DNA of 64,000 nucleotides from a virus (lineage: Duplodnaviria > Caudoviricetes). The stretch spans positions 44,968-108,967 of the IMG/VR virus record IMGVR_UViG_2935054407_000001. The stretch is one strand, 5' to 3'. The notes beneath the pieces were generated by a model. The model was not told where the DNA came from. It saw only the letters and a program-made list of their open reading frames with translations, and did no database searches. Positions 8,591 through 16,863 of this stretch are shown in pieces; the stretch's first letter is position 1, and each line of letters starts with the position of its first letter. Both the position numbers and the translations under genes were made by a program.

Positions 8591-8633
8591 GTTTTTCTCC
8601 TTTTCGGGTTTCCCAATCTGAGCCGTCCAATTC

Positions 8634-8665
8634 AGATTAGGGAAAAGGAGAGCAATGTTTGTAAC
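8634..8665 (-). promoter_or_regulatory. Putative late promoter P4 (GTTACA-N20-TAATCT) inside an RBS-masking hairpin
   Basis: TCTCCTTTTC in the spacer pairs with GAAAAGGAGA (RBS); CCCTAATCTGA pairs with TCAGATTGGG. Confidence 0.7.
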
Positions 8666-8667
8666 GC

Positions 8668-8700
8668 GAAAAACCCCCGCCCGCATCAGCGGAACGGGGG
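8668..8700 (-). terminator. Intrinsic terminator ending the replication block
   Basis: CCCCCG...CGGGGG stem followed by TTTTT on the minus strand. Confidence 0.65.
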
Positions 8701-8736
8701 CCTCTCGGCATTTAGCGCGGACCTCGCCGCTCTCTT

Positions 8737-9288
8737 CTATCGTGCCATACGCTCTGTGTGCCGTGTTACATCGCGTATGGCCTTGCGCTCATGCAGGCGG
8801 GTGTCGGTTCCGTGCGGCTCGGAAAGATACTGAGCCATTCGCGCGAGCGCGTAGGAATCGGCCGCGTTGTCGTCAGCGCACTCGACTCCCCACCTTTCCT
8901 TGACTCCGGCGATCATCTCCTCTTTGGAAGCATTGCCGTTCCCGGTGGCGAAGAGCTTGACCTTGCTCGGCGCGATGATCGTGGGATAGCAGACAGGCTC
9001 CGGAAGGTGCCAGCGCAGGACTCGCTTCACGGCATAGGCCAGCTCCCCCATCTCCTCCCGCCGATTCTTCGACCCGCGTGACCAGCCCTCCATTGCCACA
9101 TGGACCGGATACTCCGGCAGCAACTCGATCTGCTTGCCCAGCCAGGACTCCACATCCATTAACCGGTCCACGCCCTTGCCGTACTTCACACTGGTGAACT
9201 TCACGACGCTGATGTCCGCGTAGGCGGGGTAGAGCCGGGTCAGGCCGAAGCCGCCGAAGGACTGGTCGATCCCGAGGTAGAGGGTCAC
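8737..9288 (-). CDS. ruvC: RuvC-like Holliday junction resolvase
   Basis: LGIDQS, AMEG, VKLFATGNGNASKEEM, DNAADSYAL. Confidence 0.88.
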   Translation of the reverse strand: MTLYLGIDQSFGGFGLTRLYPAYADISVVKFTSVKYGKGVDRLMDVESWLGKQIELLPEYPVHVAMEGWSRGSKNRREEMGELAYAVKRVLRWHLPEPVCYPTIIAPSKVKLFATGNGNASKEEMIAGVKERWGVECADDNAADSYALARMAQYLSEPHGTDTRLHERKAIRDVTRHTERMAR

Positions 9289-9890
9289 CAGGTCTCCACC
9301 AGCGCAGCCAGCTCGCGCACCTTGAGCGGCATATCCGCCAGTGGCGTGCTGGACAGGTCGAACAGATGGTTCTCCGTTCCCGGCATGAAGTACTCGCTGG
9401 CGTGATCGTTCACAGGCCCCACGCCGTCCCGGTGGATGCGAACCACCTTGAACCGGCCGTCCACCACGGAGACCCGGTCACGCAGGGCACATGCCTCATG
9501 GAGGAAGCGCACGTCCGAGACGACCACGCGCCCATGTCCAGGGAGCTGGTCCAAGACGATGTTCACCCAGGCCCGTTCGCCAGCGACCTTCTTGACCGCT
9601 TCTCCGGTGTCCTGGAGCAGGCGGCGAATCTCGGGGTATTCGCGCTTGGCGTCATCCCAGCCGAGGTCGGCTACGAGATCCCCGAGACGACGGGCCGCCC
9701 AGTCGATCGGGTAACCCCGCGCCTCCTCATATCCAGGTGCGTCGATGATGGGGTTGATCTCCGTCAGCATGACCTTGAGTGCGTCAGCGAAGGCGAACCG
9801 CTTGTAGCCGTGCTCGCGGACCAGGAGGTCGGCCACGGTGTCCTTGCCCACGCCGCCGTATCCGCTCAGGCCGATAATCCGCAGGCTCAC
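9285..9890 (-). CDS. Deoxynucleoside monophosphate kinase
   Basis: IIGLSGYGGVGKDT, FADALK, RRLLQ, SDVRF.HE, HASE. Confidence 0.9.
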   Translation of the reverse strand: MSLRIIGLSGYGGVGKDTVADLLVREHGYKRFAFADALKVMLTEINPIIDAPGYEEARGYPIDWAARRLGDLVADLGWDDAKREYPEIRRLLQDTGEAVKKVAGERAWVNIVLDQLPGHGRVVVSDVRFLHEACALRDRVSVVDGRFKVVRIHRDGVGPVNDHASEYFMPGTENHLFDLSSTPLADMPLKVRELAALVETW

Positions 9891-10204
9891 AGCGAGATCT
9901 CCGATTCGGGAACGTACTGGATTCCGTAGTAGCCGCTTCGCTTAACGCCTCGCCAAATCCCATAGACGTTGCCGAAAATGATGTTCCGGTGCTTGATGAG
10001 CCGGTCGAAGTCGGACCAGAACATCGGGTAGCGGAGGCCGTTCACGCCGCGCCAGTAGATCGTCATGGCCGACCGGCCACGCGTGTATCCGTCGTACTCA
10101 AGGGTTCCCTCGAACGGAGCGAGCGGACGGCGCTCCGCGACACCCCACGATGTGTCGTGGCGCATGTTGCCCTGCTCGTCGAAGGGAACGTTTTCCAGGA
10201 TCAC
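9887..10204 (-). CDS. Hypothetical protein
   Basis: GTGA-coupled ORF. Confidence 0.7.
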   Translation of the reverse strand: MILENVPFDEQGNMRHDTSWGVAERRPLAPFEGTLEYDGYTRGRSAMTIYWRGVNGLRYPMFWSDFDRLIKHRNIIFGNVYGIWRGVKRSGYYGIQYVPESEISL

Positions 10205-10881
10205 GCCGCCTCCAGCAGGTTCTTGGCACGATTCATGAGCCTGGCGGCATTGCCGTGCCAGCTCTGGTCACCGTTGGACCGCAGCCAGGTCCCGGAAGCC
10301 AGCTCTTCGAGCAGCTCGCGCAGCGGCCGGTTCTGCTCGGCCTCGTAGGCAGTGAGGAAGTCGCCGATGGTCTTGTTCCACCGGGCATCGTGAAGCGCGT
10401 GGTGGACGATGGCCGTCTGCGCGTCTTCTGCCTGCTGCGGGAGCGCCGGACGGCCGAGCCGCTTCCACTCCGTCATCAGGTCGTCTGTCTGCATGGGGAT
10501 GCCAGAAGGCAGGTCCAGCATCCGGCCGAAAATCTGGGCCAGGCCGACGTGGTCATACGCGCTGTAGTAGGCCCACAGCTCCGGGTCCGGCGTCTCGGCC
10601 ACGAAGGCGGAGATGGCCTTGCGCAGCTCGTTCCGGTACATGACCTTGGTCATGTCCGGGTGCTGGAAGTCCCAGCACTCCCAGCCGTCGGTCTCGGGCA
10701 AGCGCACCGGCAAGTGCGGAGCGACGTTCTCTCGCAGGAACGTGTGATCGACCAACGCGTGATACGGCAGCTCCGCGTTGATCGCGTACAGCTCGCGCCC
10801 GTCGTCGGCGACCATTCCGATGCTGATGAGGTCGATGGTCCGGCCGGAGTCGAAGAACTCCAGGTCGTAGTAGATCCTCAT
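10201..10881 (-). CDS. DEDDh 3'-5' exoribonuclease-like protein (RNase AS/Rv2179c-like)
   Basis: YYDLEF, LISIGMVADDGRELYA, WAYYSAYD, HHALHDARW. Confidence 0.85.
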   Translation of the reverse strand: MRIYYDLEFFDSGRTIDLISIGMVADDGRELYAINAELPYHALVDHTFLRENVAPHLPVRLPETDGWECWDFQHPDMTKVMYRNELRKAISAFVAETPDPELWAYYSAYDHVGLAQIFGRMLDLPSGIPMQTDDLMTEWKRLGRPALPQQAEDAQTAIVHHALHDARWNKTIGDFLTAYEAEQNRPLRELLEELASGTWLRSNGDQSWHGNAARLMNRAKNLLEAA

Positions 10882-11159
10882 GCGCTCGCCTCCTGCTCGG
10901 CGTCCTTCGGAAGGATGAAGCGGTCGGTGACGTCCACCCAGCCGGAAAGGCCGTAGAAGATCGCGGTACACGCCGCGTACACCTTCGTTCGGGCCAGCTC
11001 GGCGTCCGACATGCAGTTGAGGCGCTGCTGGACGTGGGCCTTGGTCGTGTAGGGCCGGTCGCGGTTGCTGCCGACCAGGAGGTAGATGGTCGCGGGCAGC
11101 TTGTCGTCTACGATGCGCGGCGCCTGGTAGAAGGGCGGCATCGGGAGGAGCTGGGACAT
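10878..11159 (-). CDS. Hypothetical protein (MSQLLPMPP...)
   Basis: AAGGA RBS; ATGA coupling downstream. Confidence 0.65.
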   Translation of the reverse strand: MSQLLPMPPFYQAPRIVDDKLPATIYLLVGSNRDRPYTTKAHVQQRLNCMSDAELARTKVYAACTAIFYGLSGWVDVTDRFILPKDAEQEASA

Positions 11160-11188
11160 GTGATTTTCCTTGTGATCTTCGACTGGTG

Positions 11189-11206
11189 CGCCTGTGTGAA
11201 AGACAG
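11189..11206 (+). repeat. Dispersed 18-bp motif, copy 2 (15/18)
   Basis: CGCCTGTGTGAAAGACAG, overlapping the base of a hairpin. Confidence 0.7.
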
Positions 11207-11238
11207 GGCCGCGCACGCGCGGCGCATGCGCGGCCCTG
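11204..11238 (-). terminator. Terminator-like hairpin
   Basis: CAGGGCCGCGCA / TGCGCGGCCCTG 12-bp stem followed by TCTTTC on the minus strand. Confidence 0.55.
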
Positions 11239-11244
11239 GTCGCG

Positions 11245-11580
11245 CTACTCCACGACGGTGAGGTTCGACAGGACGGAGATGGTCACGGTGGCAGCCTGGT
11301 AGCGCCAGTTGTTGCCCTGCGAGCGGCGCTCCGGCTTGACGGTGACCTTGGTGACGGGCTTGCTGACGAGGTTGTCGCCATCCCAGGAGTAGCCCTGGCG
11401 CGTGACGATCTTGGTGACCTCGCCCTCCACCATGCGCAGGCCGTTGCCGTACTCGGACGGGTAGAGGACCTTGCTGCCGATGGTGATGTCCTTGCCACGC
11501 CAGTCCTTGAAGACGAGCTGAATCTCCACAGTGGGCTCAGGGGCGACCTTGTGCGTGGGGGCGTCGGTGTTGAAAAACAT
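11245..11580 (-). CDS. Hypothetical beta-rich (SH3-like) protein
   Basis: AAGGAG RBS; DWRGKDITIGSKVLY pattern. Confidence 0.7.
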   Translation of the reverse strand: MFFNTDAPTHKVAPEPTVEIQLVFKDWRGKDITIGSKVLYPSEYGNGLRMVEGEVTKIVTRQGYSWDGDNLVSKPVTKVTVKPERRSQGNNWRYQAATVTISVLSNLTVVE

Positions 11581-11594
11581 TGTCAGTTCTCCTT

Positions 11595-12281
11595 TTAGAG
11601 CATGTCCGCGAAAACGGACGGGCTGGTCTCGGACAGAGCGGTGAGCGCCATTTGCGCGAACTGCTGGATTTCGGCGTCGGCGGAGGGGTCGATACGGCGG
11701 GCGATGACCTCGCGCCAGGCCCGGAAATTGCCGGTGACGACCAGCTCGACGGGCGTCATGTTCGGCAGGACGCTGCGGGCGGCTTCGCGCGCCTGCTTGC
11801 GCGGCAGCCCTTTCTTGGTCAGGTCGAAGACCAGGGAGTCATACCAGCCCTTCATCTCCTGGTAGCGGGTGAGGAGGGCGCTGGTCAGCTCCAGGTCTTC
11901 CTGGATGGCGGGCGGGATGACGGGGACGTTCTCGGGCGAGCAGTAGCGCTGGCTGATCACGGAGAAGCTCAGGTGGCGGTGGCGGGTCAGCTCAGCCAGC
12001 AGCGAGCGGGAGACGCCTTCCACGTACAGTGAGGCGGAGGAGTGCTCCAGGACCGACAGGTGGCCCTGGGAGATGATGTGGGCGATGTAGTCGGCGTTCT
12101 TCTGGGTGGCCGGGTTCTTCTTCTCCCAGCTCTGGTAACAGAGCCTTCCTGCGTACTCGATCAGCGCTTCGGTGTCCTTGGGGTAGCCGCCCTCAGGAAC
12201 AGAACTGATCCAGCCGTATCCGAGCTTGTCGTCCACGACCTCGCCTTCGAGGCGAGTGATGGCAATCAGTGTGACTTCCAA
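11595..12281 (-). CDS. thyX: Flavin-dependent thymidylate synthase
   Basis: AGRLCYQS, GHLSVLEH, ELTRHRHLSFSVISQRY, REAARSVLPN, TGNFRAW; TTG start. Confidence 0.96.
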   Translation of the reverse strand: MEVTLIAITRLEGEVVDDKLGYGWISSVPEGGYPKDTEALIEYAGRLCYQSWEKKNPATQKNADYIAHIISQGHLSVLEHSSASLYVEGVSRSLLAELTRHRHLSFSVISQRYCSPENVPVIPPAIQEDLELTSALLTRYQEMKGWYDSLVFDLTKKGLPRKQAREAARSVLPNMTPVELVVTGNFRAWREVIARRIDPSADAEIQQFAQMALTALSETSPSVFADML

Positions 12282-12293
12282 TTTGTGCTCCAG

Positions 12294-12806
12294 TTAGTTG
12301 TTCCAGCGGTGATTTCTGGCCTCGCGATCTGCTCGGCCGGTTCTTCGGGTGAGTTCGCGGGAAACGAGGAAACAGTCCCGTTCCAGGGAGTCATGAATCG
12401 TCTCTGTGAGCTTGCGGACGGCGTAGGCGGCTGTTGCGGAATTGCGGGCCTCTACGACGTCGGGGTCTTCATCGGCTTTGGCCTTTGCAGCGGAGACCGA
12501 TTTCTCGGCTTTGCCGTTGATGAGAACCCGAGCCCGGCGCACGTCCAGCTCTGCCTCTGCGTCCTTCTCATCGATCGCCGCCAATGCCAGTTGGCTCCCG
12601 GCGTAGGCGACCCATGCGTTGAGGAGGCTGAACAGCTCCATCAGCGCGCCGTCCGACAGCTCCGTCAGGTCCTTCGGCAGTCGCGGCCGGGACTCGTCGG
12701 GCTGCTCGGGCAGCTCCAGTCCGGCTCTTGCCAGCGCGAGCCGTGCCTGCCGGTTGGCCTGGCTGGTCTGCTCCGGCGGGTTCTGTGTTCGGCTGATCCG
12801 GCGCAA
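12294..12806 (-). CDS. UvsY-like recombination mediator (helical)
   Basis: Helical protein with AKAKADEDPDV...AVRKL...LERD..LVSRELTRR; GGAG RBS then TTG 12806; RecA/SSB context. Confidence 0.55.
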   Translation of the reverse strand: MRRISRTQNPPEQTSQANRQARLALARAGLELPEQPDESRPRLPKDLTELSDGALMELFSLLNAWVAYAGSQLALAAIDEKDAEAELDVRRARVLINGKAEKSVSAAKAKADEDPDVVEARNSATAAYAVRKLTETIHDSLERDCFLVSRELTRRTGRADREARNHRWNN

Positions 12807-13716
12807 CGTCGCTCCAACAGCGGGAGAAGTAGGGGCAGTCGGTGCAGGTCTTGGAATCGCGGGCGAACTCACGCGCCGGAATCATGCCGGTGTGAAAGAC
12901 GGCTTCCTTGATCGAGGTGGCCTTCTCAAGCAGCGGCTCGACGACGGCCATGTCCAGCGAGATCGCGAATTCCTTGACGGCCTGGTTGCTCTTGTACTCA
13001 TACAAAAAGGTCCCGCGCCGGACCCCCAGGCCCATGAGGCGCATCGTGATGTAGAGGTAGATCTGGAGCTGGCGGACGTGCGACGGCAGCGGCTCCTGAA
13101 GGTCGGCCCACAGGCCGTCCAGGTCGTAGAGCTTCTTCCCAGCCTCATCGCTGGCGAAATACCACTCCTTGAGCACCTCGGGCGCGTCCATGCGAAGCGT
13201 TCCCATGCCGATGGTCTTGATCTCGATCAGCCGGGCCTTCTCCAGAAGCATGCCGTCGGAGTGGCCCTCGATCAGGAATTCCTTCTCGGCCCGGATCGGC
13301 ACCTCGGCATACGTCACCGCGAAGGACCAGCAGCGCGGACACTGCTTGGGGTCAAGACGCAGGTCGGTGACATGGCCACAGTGCAGGCACTTCCACTGGC
13401 CATACAGGTCGCCGCTCAGCCTCAGCCAATTCTGCCATTTGTCATGCAGAGCGTGGCCGGTGGCGAAAATGCTCTCCATCTGGAAGTTGAAATCTGGCCG
13501 GGCAGGCATCTTGCCAGCGCGGGCATCCACGATCCGGTAGTACGTGGAGCGGGCGCACCAATCATCCTTGGCCATCTCGGAGGGGTGGATGACGTCGGCA
13601 CGCCGGTCGGTCGGCTTGAGCAGCTCGGCCGCGACGTTCTCTGAGATGTCTCCCAGGACGTCCCAGTGCGTTCCCTTGCGCCTGCTGATCTCGGCGAGAG
13701 TGCCGCTCAGCTTTAT
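12568..13716 (-). CDS. Cas4-like PD-(D/E)XK exonuclease (probable ATA start)
   Basis: IHPSEM...WCAR, GHALH, EGHSDG...IEIKT, QLQIY, CTDCPYFSRC; internal CxxC/CxxC ribbon. Confidence 0.85.
   Translation of the reverse strand: MKLSGTLAEISRRKGTHWDVLGDISENVAAELLKPTDRRADVIHPSEMAKDDWCARSTYYRIVDARAGKMPARPDFNFQMESIFATGHALHDKWQNWLRLSGDLYGQWKCLHCGHVTDLRLDPKQCPRCWSFAVTYAEVPIRAEKEFLIEGHSDGMLLEKARLIEIKTIGMGTLRMDAPEVLKEWYFASDEAGKKLYDLDGLWADLQEPLPSHVRQLQIYLYITMRLMGLGVRRGTFLYEYKSNQAVKEFAISLDMAVVEPLLEKATSIKEAVFHTGMIPAREFARDSKTCTDCPYFSRCWSDVAPDQPNTEPAGADQPGQPAGTARAGKSRTGAARAARRVPAATAEGPDGAVGRRADGAVQPPQRMGRLRREPTGIGGDR
12885..12902 (+). repeat. Dispersed 18-bp motif, copy 3 (18/18)
   Basis: CATGCCGGTGTGAAAGACGG, identical over 20 bp to copy 1; intragenic. 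Confidence 0.85.
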
Positions 13717-14102
13717 GGCTGGTCGTCTTCCTCGTCCGCTGCCGCTGCCAGAATTTCCTCTTCCGGTGCGTCCGGTTCTGTTGGCGGGTGCCATTCCCAT
13801 TCCACCTCCTTCAGGGGGATCCCGTCGGCCTTGGCCTCTTGCCGCAATTTGTGCCGGTCGTGAGGAAGCATTCCGCCCCACACGCCCGCGCTTTCGTTAT
13901 TGACACAAGCAAATCGAAGGCAGTAATCCCGGACCGGGCAAGGGCCTTCGTAGATGTCACTGCCGTTGCAGACCCCCAAAACCTCGTCGTACTGCGAGGT
14001 GTCGAACCAGGGATCTTCCTTCTCGCTCGGCCGAGCGTGCCGCACGCATCGCGCACCGCGTCCGGCCCAGTCGATCGATGGGATTCGGAGCCGCAGAACC
14101 AC
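13713..14102 (-). CDS. whiB: WhiB-family transcription factor
   Basis: W...ARC...DPWF...VC...CPVRDYCLRFA...GVWGG. Confidence 0.92.
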   Translation of the reverse strand: MVLRLRIPSIDWAGRGARCVRHARPSEKEDPWFDTSQYDEVLGVCNGSDIYEGPCPVRDYCLRFACVNNESAGVWGGMLPHDRHKLRQEAKADGIPLKEVEWEWHPPTEPDAPEEEILAAAADEEDDQP

Positions 14103-14404
14103 TACTCACCGACCAGCTCGTGCAAGTCCTCGTCGGCGATGACGTCCCACTTTCGGCCGCACATCTCGATTTGGAACATCATGGTCCGGCCGTCCAGGAG
14201 AGCGATCTTCTCCGCTTCCCTCAGCTCCTTGTCGGTGAGCCGATAGGAGGCGGCGGAGGTGGTCTTGCACTCGATGGAGAAACGCGCGGAGCGCACGTCG
14301 TTCTTTCGCACCCAGCCGTTTCCAGAACCCGAGTTTTGCGTGCCGCCCCATTTCTTGGCCGTGCTCTTCTCCTGGGACTGAGACGCCTTGTGGATTTCGC
14401 TCAT
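14102..14404 (-). CDS. Hjc-like PD-(D/E)XK resolvase/endonuclease
   Basis: QEK..AK..GG...SGSG...KNDVR...IECKTT. Confidence 0.75.
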   Translation of the reverse strand: MSEIHKASQSQEKSTAKKWGGTQNSGSGNGWVRKNDVRSARFSIECKTTSAASYRLTDKELREAEKIALLDGRTMMFQIEMCGRKWDVIADEDLHELVGE

Positions 14405-14634
14405 GCCGCGCTCCAGAGCGCCGGGAGTTCAGCGGGACGTGCGAATCCCCAGATTTTCTGGTTCCCGGACTCCGACAGCACCGTCATGCCGATGCTCTCG
14501 GGGTCCTGGCAGCCGGTGGCCTGCCGCTGGTGTGCGTCGAAGGTGCTGACGCTGGAGAAGGTCAGGTGACAGCCAGCACAGTGAGCGCGGGAAGTCCCGC
14601 TCCACTTCGCAGGACAGCCTCCACAGGTGAGCAT
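14401..14634 (-). CDS. FDxH-type small Zn-binding protein
   Basis: CGGC, HCAGCHLTFSSVSTFDAHQ, C.DP. Confidence 0.7.
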   Translation of the reverse strand: MLTCGGCPAKWSGTSRAHCAGCHLTFSSVSTFDAHQRQATGCQDPESIGMTVLSESGNQKIWGFARPAELPALWSAA

Positions 14635-14753
14635 CAGAACATCACCAGCACGAGGACGAGCAGGACGATGGCGAGCAGAGCGATGGTGCCGCCGACAGCA
14701 GCCAGGAAGAAGCGGTTCTCCTTGTCCACCTGGTCTTGACGGTGGGCGCTCAT
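14634..14753 (-). CDS. Small single-pass membrane peptide (39 aa)
   Basis: GGAGG RBS; FFLAAVGGTIALLAIVLLVLVLVMF; coupled on both sides. Confidence 0.65.
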   Translation of the reverse strand: MSAHRQDQVDKENRFFLAAVGGTIALLAIVLLVLVLVMF

Positions 14754-15025
14754 CGAGCCACCTCCGGGTGGGGGTGGCCGTAGTCACATGACACCGATCC
14801 CTCGCGGTAGCCGGTGTAGGTGATGCAGGTGACGTACCAGCCGTCCGACAGTTGGACCTGGTGCTCGCCCCAGTTCTGTGTGCCAGCCGCGTCGGTGGTG
14901 GTGCTCATCCAGCTCGTGTGGACGCGCGTCTGATTCGGCTCCGTGGTGGCAGCCTGGGGGGTCGCGCACGAGGCGAGGCCCAGGAGGGCGCCAGTGGCGG
15001 CGGCGATCAGCAGTCCGGTCTTCAC
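14750..15025 (-). CDS. Small lipoprotein
   Basis: GTG start, signal peptide ending in the lipobox LASC. Confidence 0.7.
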   Translation of the reverse strand: MKTGLLIAAATGALLGLASCATPQAATTEPNQTRVHTSWMSTTTDAAGTQNWGEHQVQLSDGWYVTCITYTGYREGSVSCDYGHPHPEVAR

Positions 15026-15117
15026 GTCCGGTCCCTCCAAAAGCACATGTAGTAGAAGGCCAGAAGGAAGACGAGGAAAGCGCTGAAGCGCAGCAAGGAG
15101 GCCAGCTCAGGATCCAT
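15022..15117 (-). CDS. Small membrane peptide (31 aa)
   Basis: MDPELASLLRFSAFLVFLLAFYYMCFWRDRT; coupled by overlaps. Confidence 0.5.
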   Translation of the reverse strand: MDPELASLLRFSAFLVFLLAFYYMCFWRDRT

Positions 15118-15145
15118 CACTTGCCCGCTTTCACGGTCGGGGCCG

Positions 15146-15586
15146 TCACGGCTGCCAGTCCAACGATGAGAGCGCGCTCCACGAGGGGTCCTCCATGATC
15201 TGGTTGAGTAGTTCGATCGCCTGGCGGCGGAAGTCTTCGGTCTTGTTCGGCTCGCCGGACGGCCACTGAAGGACTTTGAGGTAGTCCCGCATCGCGCGGG
15301 CGTTGTGCTTCCAGGCGATGTCCCGGCGAATCGCGGCTAGGAGTTGGTCGGCCTGTTCCTGGGTTCGGCAGACGGCGGCGAGGTAGCAACCGGAGCAGCC
15401 CGCTAGGTTGACCACGCCGTACAGGCCCAGCGCGGAGCGGAGCAGGAGACGGGTGTTGCCTCGGTAGAAGCCGTCTTCGACACGGAGGAGCACGTCATGT
15501 CCGAGGACGCGGATGAACTCCTCCAGGCCCCCGAATTCGTCGGCCCACTCCAGCTCGCTCACTGAACGCTTTTCCAGAGGATCCAC
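15146..15586 (-). CDS. Hypothetical protein
   Basis: 146-aa ORF with GC3-rich codons. Confidence 0.6.
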   Translation of the reverse strand: MDPLEKRSVSELEWADEFGGLEEFIRVLGHDVLLRVEDGFYRGNTRLLLRSALGLYGVVNLAGCSGCYLAAVCRTQEQADQLLAAIRRDIAWKHNARAMRDYLKVLQWPSGEPNKTEDFRRQAIELLNQIMEDPSWSALSSLDWQP

Positions 15587-15660
15587 AGGCCGAGCAGGAA
15601 GGAGATGAAGTAGAAAACGCCTACGACCGCGAAGAAGCCGACGGTGATATCCCAGATCAT
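15559..15660 (-). CDS. Small membrane peptide (33 aa)
   Basis: MIWDITVGFFAVVGVFYFISFLLGLWILWKSVQ; ATGA overlap with recA stop. Confidence 0.55.
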   Translation of the reverse strand: MIWDITVGFFAVVGVFYFISFLLGLWILWKSVQ

Positions 15661-16730
15661 GCTGATTCCAGCTCTCTCATGCGCTCGGAGTCGGGCTTGG
15701 CCGCCTCGATGAGGATTTTTGCCCGCAGTTCTTCCTGGAGATCGACCTCTTCGCGGATGCTGGCAAGAAGCTCGTCTTTGCCCTTCCACTTTCGATCGCC
15801 GTAGGTGTAGATGGCCCCGCCGCGCCGGATGACGTCGTACAGGACGGCGTACACTAGGAATTCCTTGGCGAGGTCGTAGTCCCCGACGGAGAAACCCAGA
15901 ACAGGGGCGTCACCGAAGTAGAAGTCCACGCTCGCGATCCTCTGCGGGGGCGCGGATTTGTTCTTCACGGTCTTCAGTTTGATGACCTGGCCGACGCGTA
16001 CCTTGCCCTTTCCAGGGCGGGCCTCGTCGATGAACTCGTCTCGCGTGATCTCGACCCGGCACCAAAAACTGTAGTTCTTGGCCTTGCCTCCGGGACTCGT
16101 TTTCGGCGTGCCTCGGGGGCTGTACTGGCCGATCGCATCACGCCACTGGTTGATGAAGAAGCAGGTGATGGCGCGGTCGTTTCCGTCCATGCTGCGGATC
16201 ATCGCTTCGCCGACTTTCCGGAAGAACTTCCCGGTCAGTCTCGCGCCGACCGCCATGACTGCCTCCGCCATGTCCTTTTCGGCTTCCTCAGAAGCGACCA
16301 GGGCAGGGTAGGAGTCCAGGACGATGCAGTCCACGGTGCGCGATGCGGCGAATTCCAGAATGGTCTGGTAGGCGAATTCCATAGCCTGCGTGGGGATTAC
16401 AATGACACGGTCATTGTCCACGCCCAGCTCTTCAGCGCGTTCCTTGTTGTAGTGCTCGGCGGCGATCCAGAGCGTAGTAAACGCGGGATCGAGAGCCTGG
16501 TTGGCAGCGATCGTCTTGAGGACAATCGTCGTCTTACCGTGGCTTTCCTGTCCGATGATCTCGGTCCACTTGTTGACGGGCCAGCCGCCGCCGAGCGCTA
16601 CGTCCAGGGCGAGGGACCCGCTCGTGATGTACGAGCCCGCAGCAATGTTGGAAGCCAGGGTGATGGAATTCTCCCCATGCGCCTTCCGAACCTTTGCGAT
16701 CAGAGCGAGCGCATCACTATCGAGTCCCAA
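15657..16730 (-). CDS. recA: RecA/UvsX-like recombinase
   Basis: SGSLALDVALGGG, GQESHGKTT, IVLDS, FINQWR, PGGKA..Y, KTVKNKSAPP; TTG start. Confidence 0.95.
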   Translation of the reverse strand: MGLDSDALALIAKVRKAHGENSITLASNIAAGSYITSGSLALDVALGGGWPVNKWTEIIGQESHGKTTIVLKTIAANQALDPAFTTLWIAAEHYNKERAEELGVDNDRVIVIPTQAMEFAYQTILEFAASRTVDCIVLDSYPALVASEEAEKDMAEAVMAVGARLTGKFFRKVGEAMIRSMDGNDRAITCFFINQWRDAIGQYSPRGTPKTSPGGKAKNYSFWCRVEITRDEFIDEARPGKGKVRVGQVIKLKTVKNKSAPPQRIASVDFYFGDAPVLGFSVGDYDLAKEFLVYAVLYDVIRRGGAIYTYGDRKWKGKDELLASIREEVDLQEELRAKILIEAAKPDSERMRELESA

Positions 16731-16817
16731 TTTACTTCCCCTCAGGAGGTGTACGTATCTACGCTATGAGGTCGAAGTGGGGCATCTCCACTAACCTAGT
16801 AACTGGTTAAATGGGAA

Positions 16818-16844
16818 AATCCCCGCACGGCGAGCACGGGGATT
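16818..16844 (-). terminator. Intrinsic terminator after RNR
   Basis: AATCCCCG...CGGGGATT inverted repeat with TTTT on the minus strand. Confidence 0.6.
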
Positions 16845-16863
16845 CTCAGGGAAATGGCTGTGA

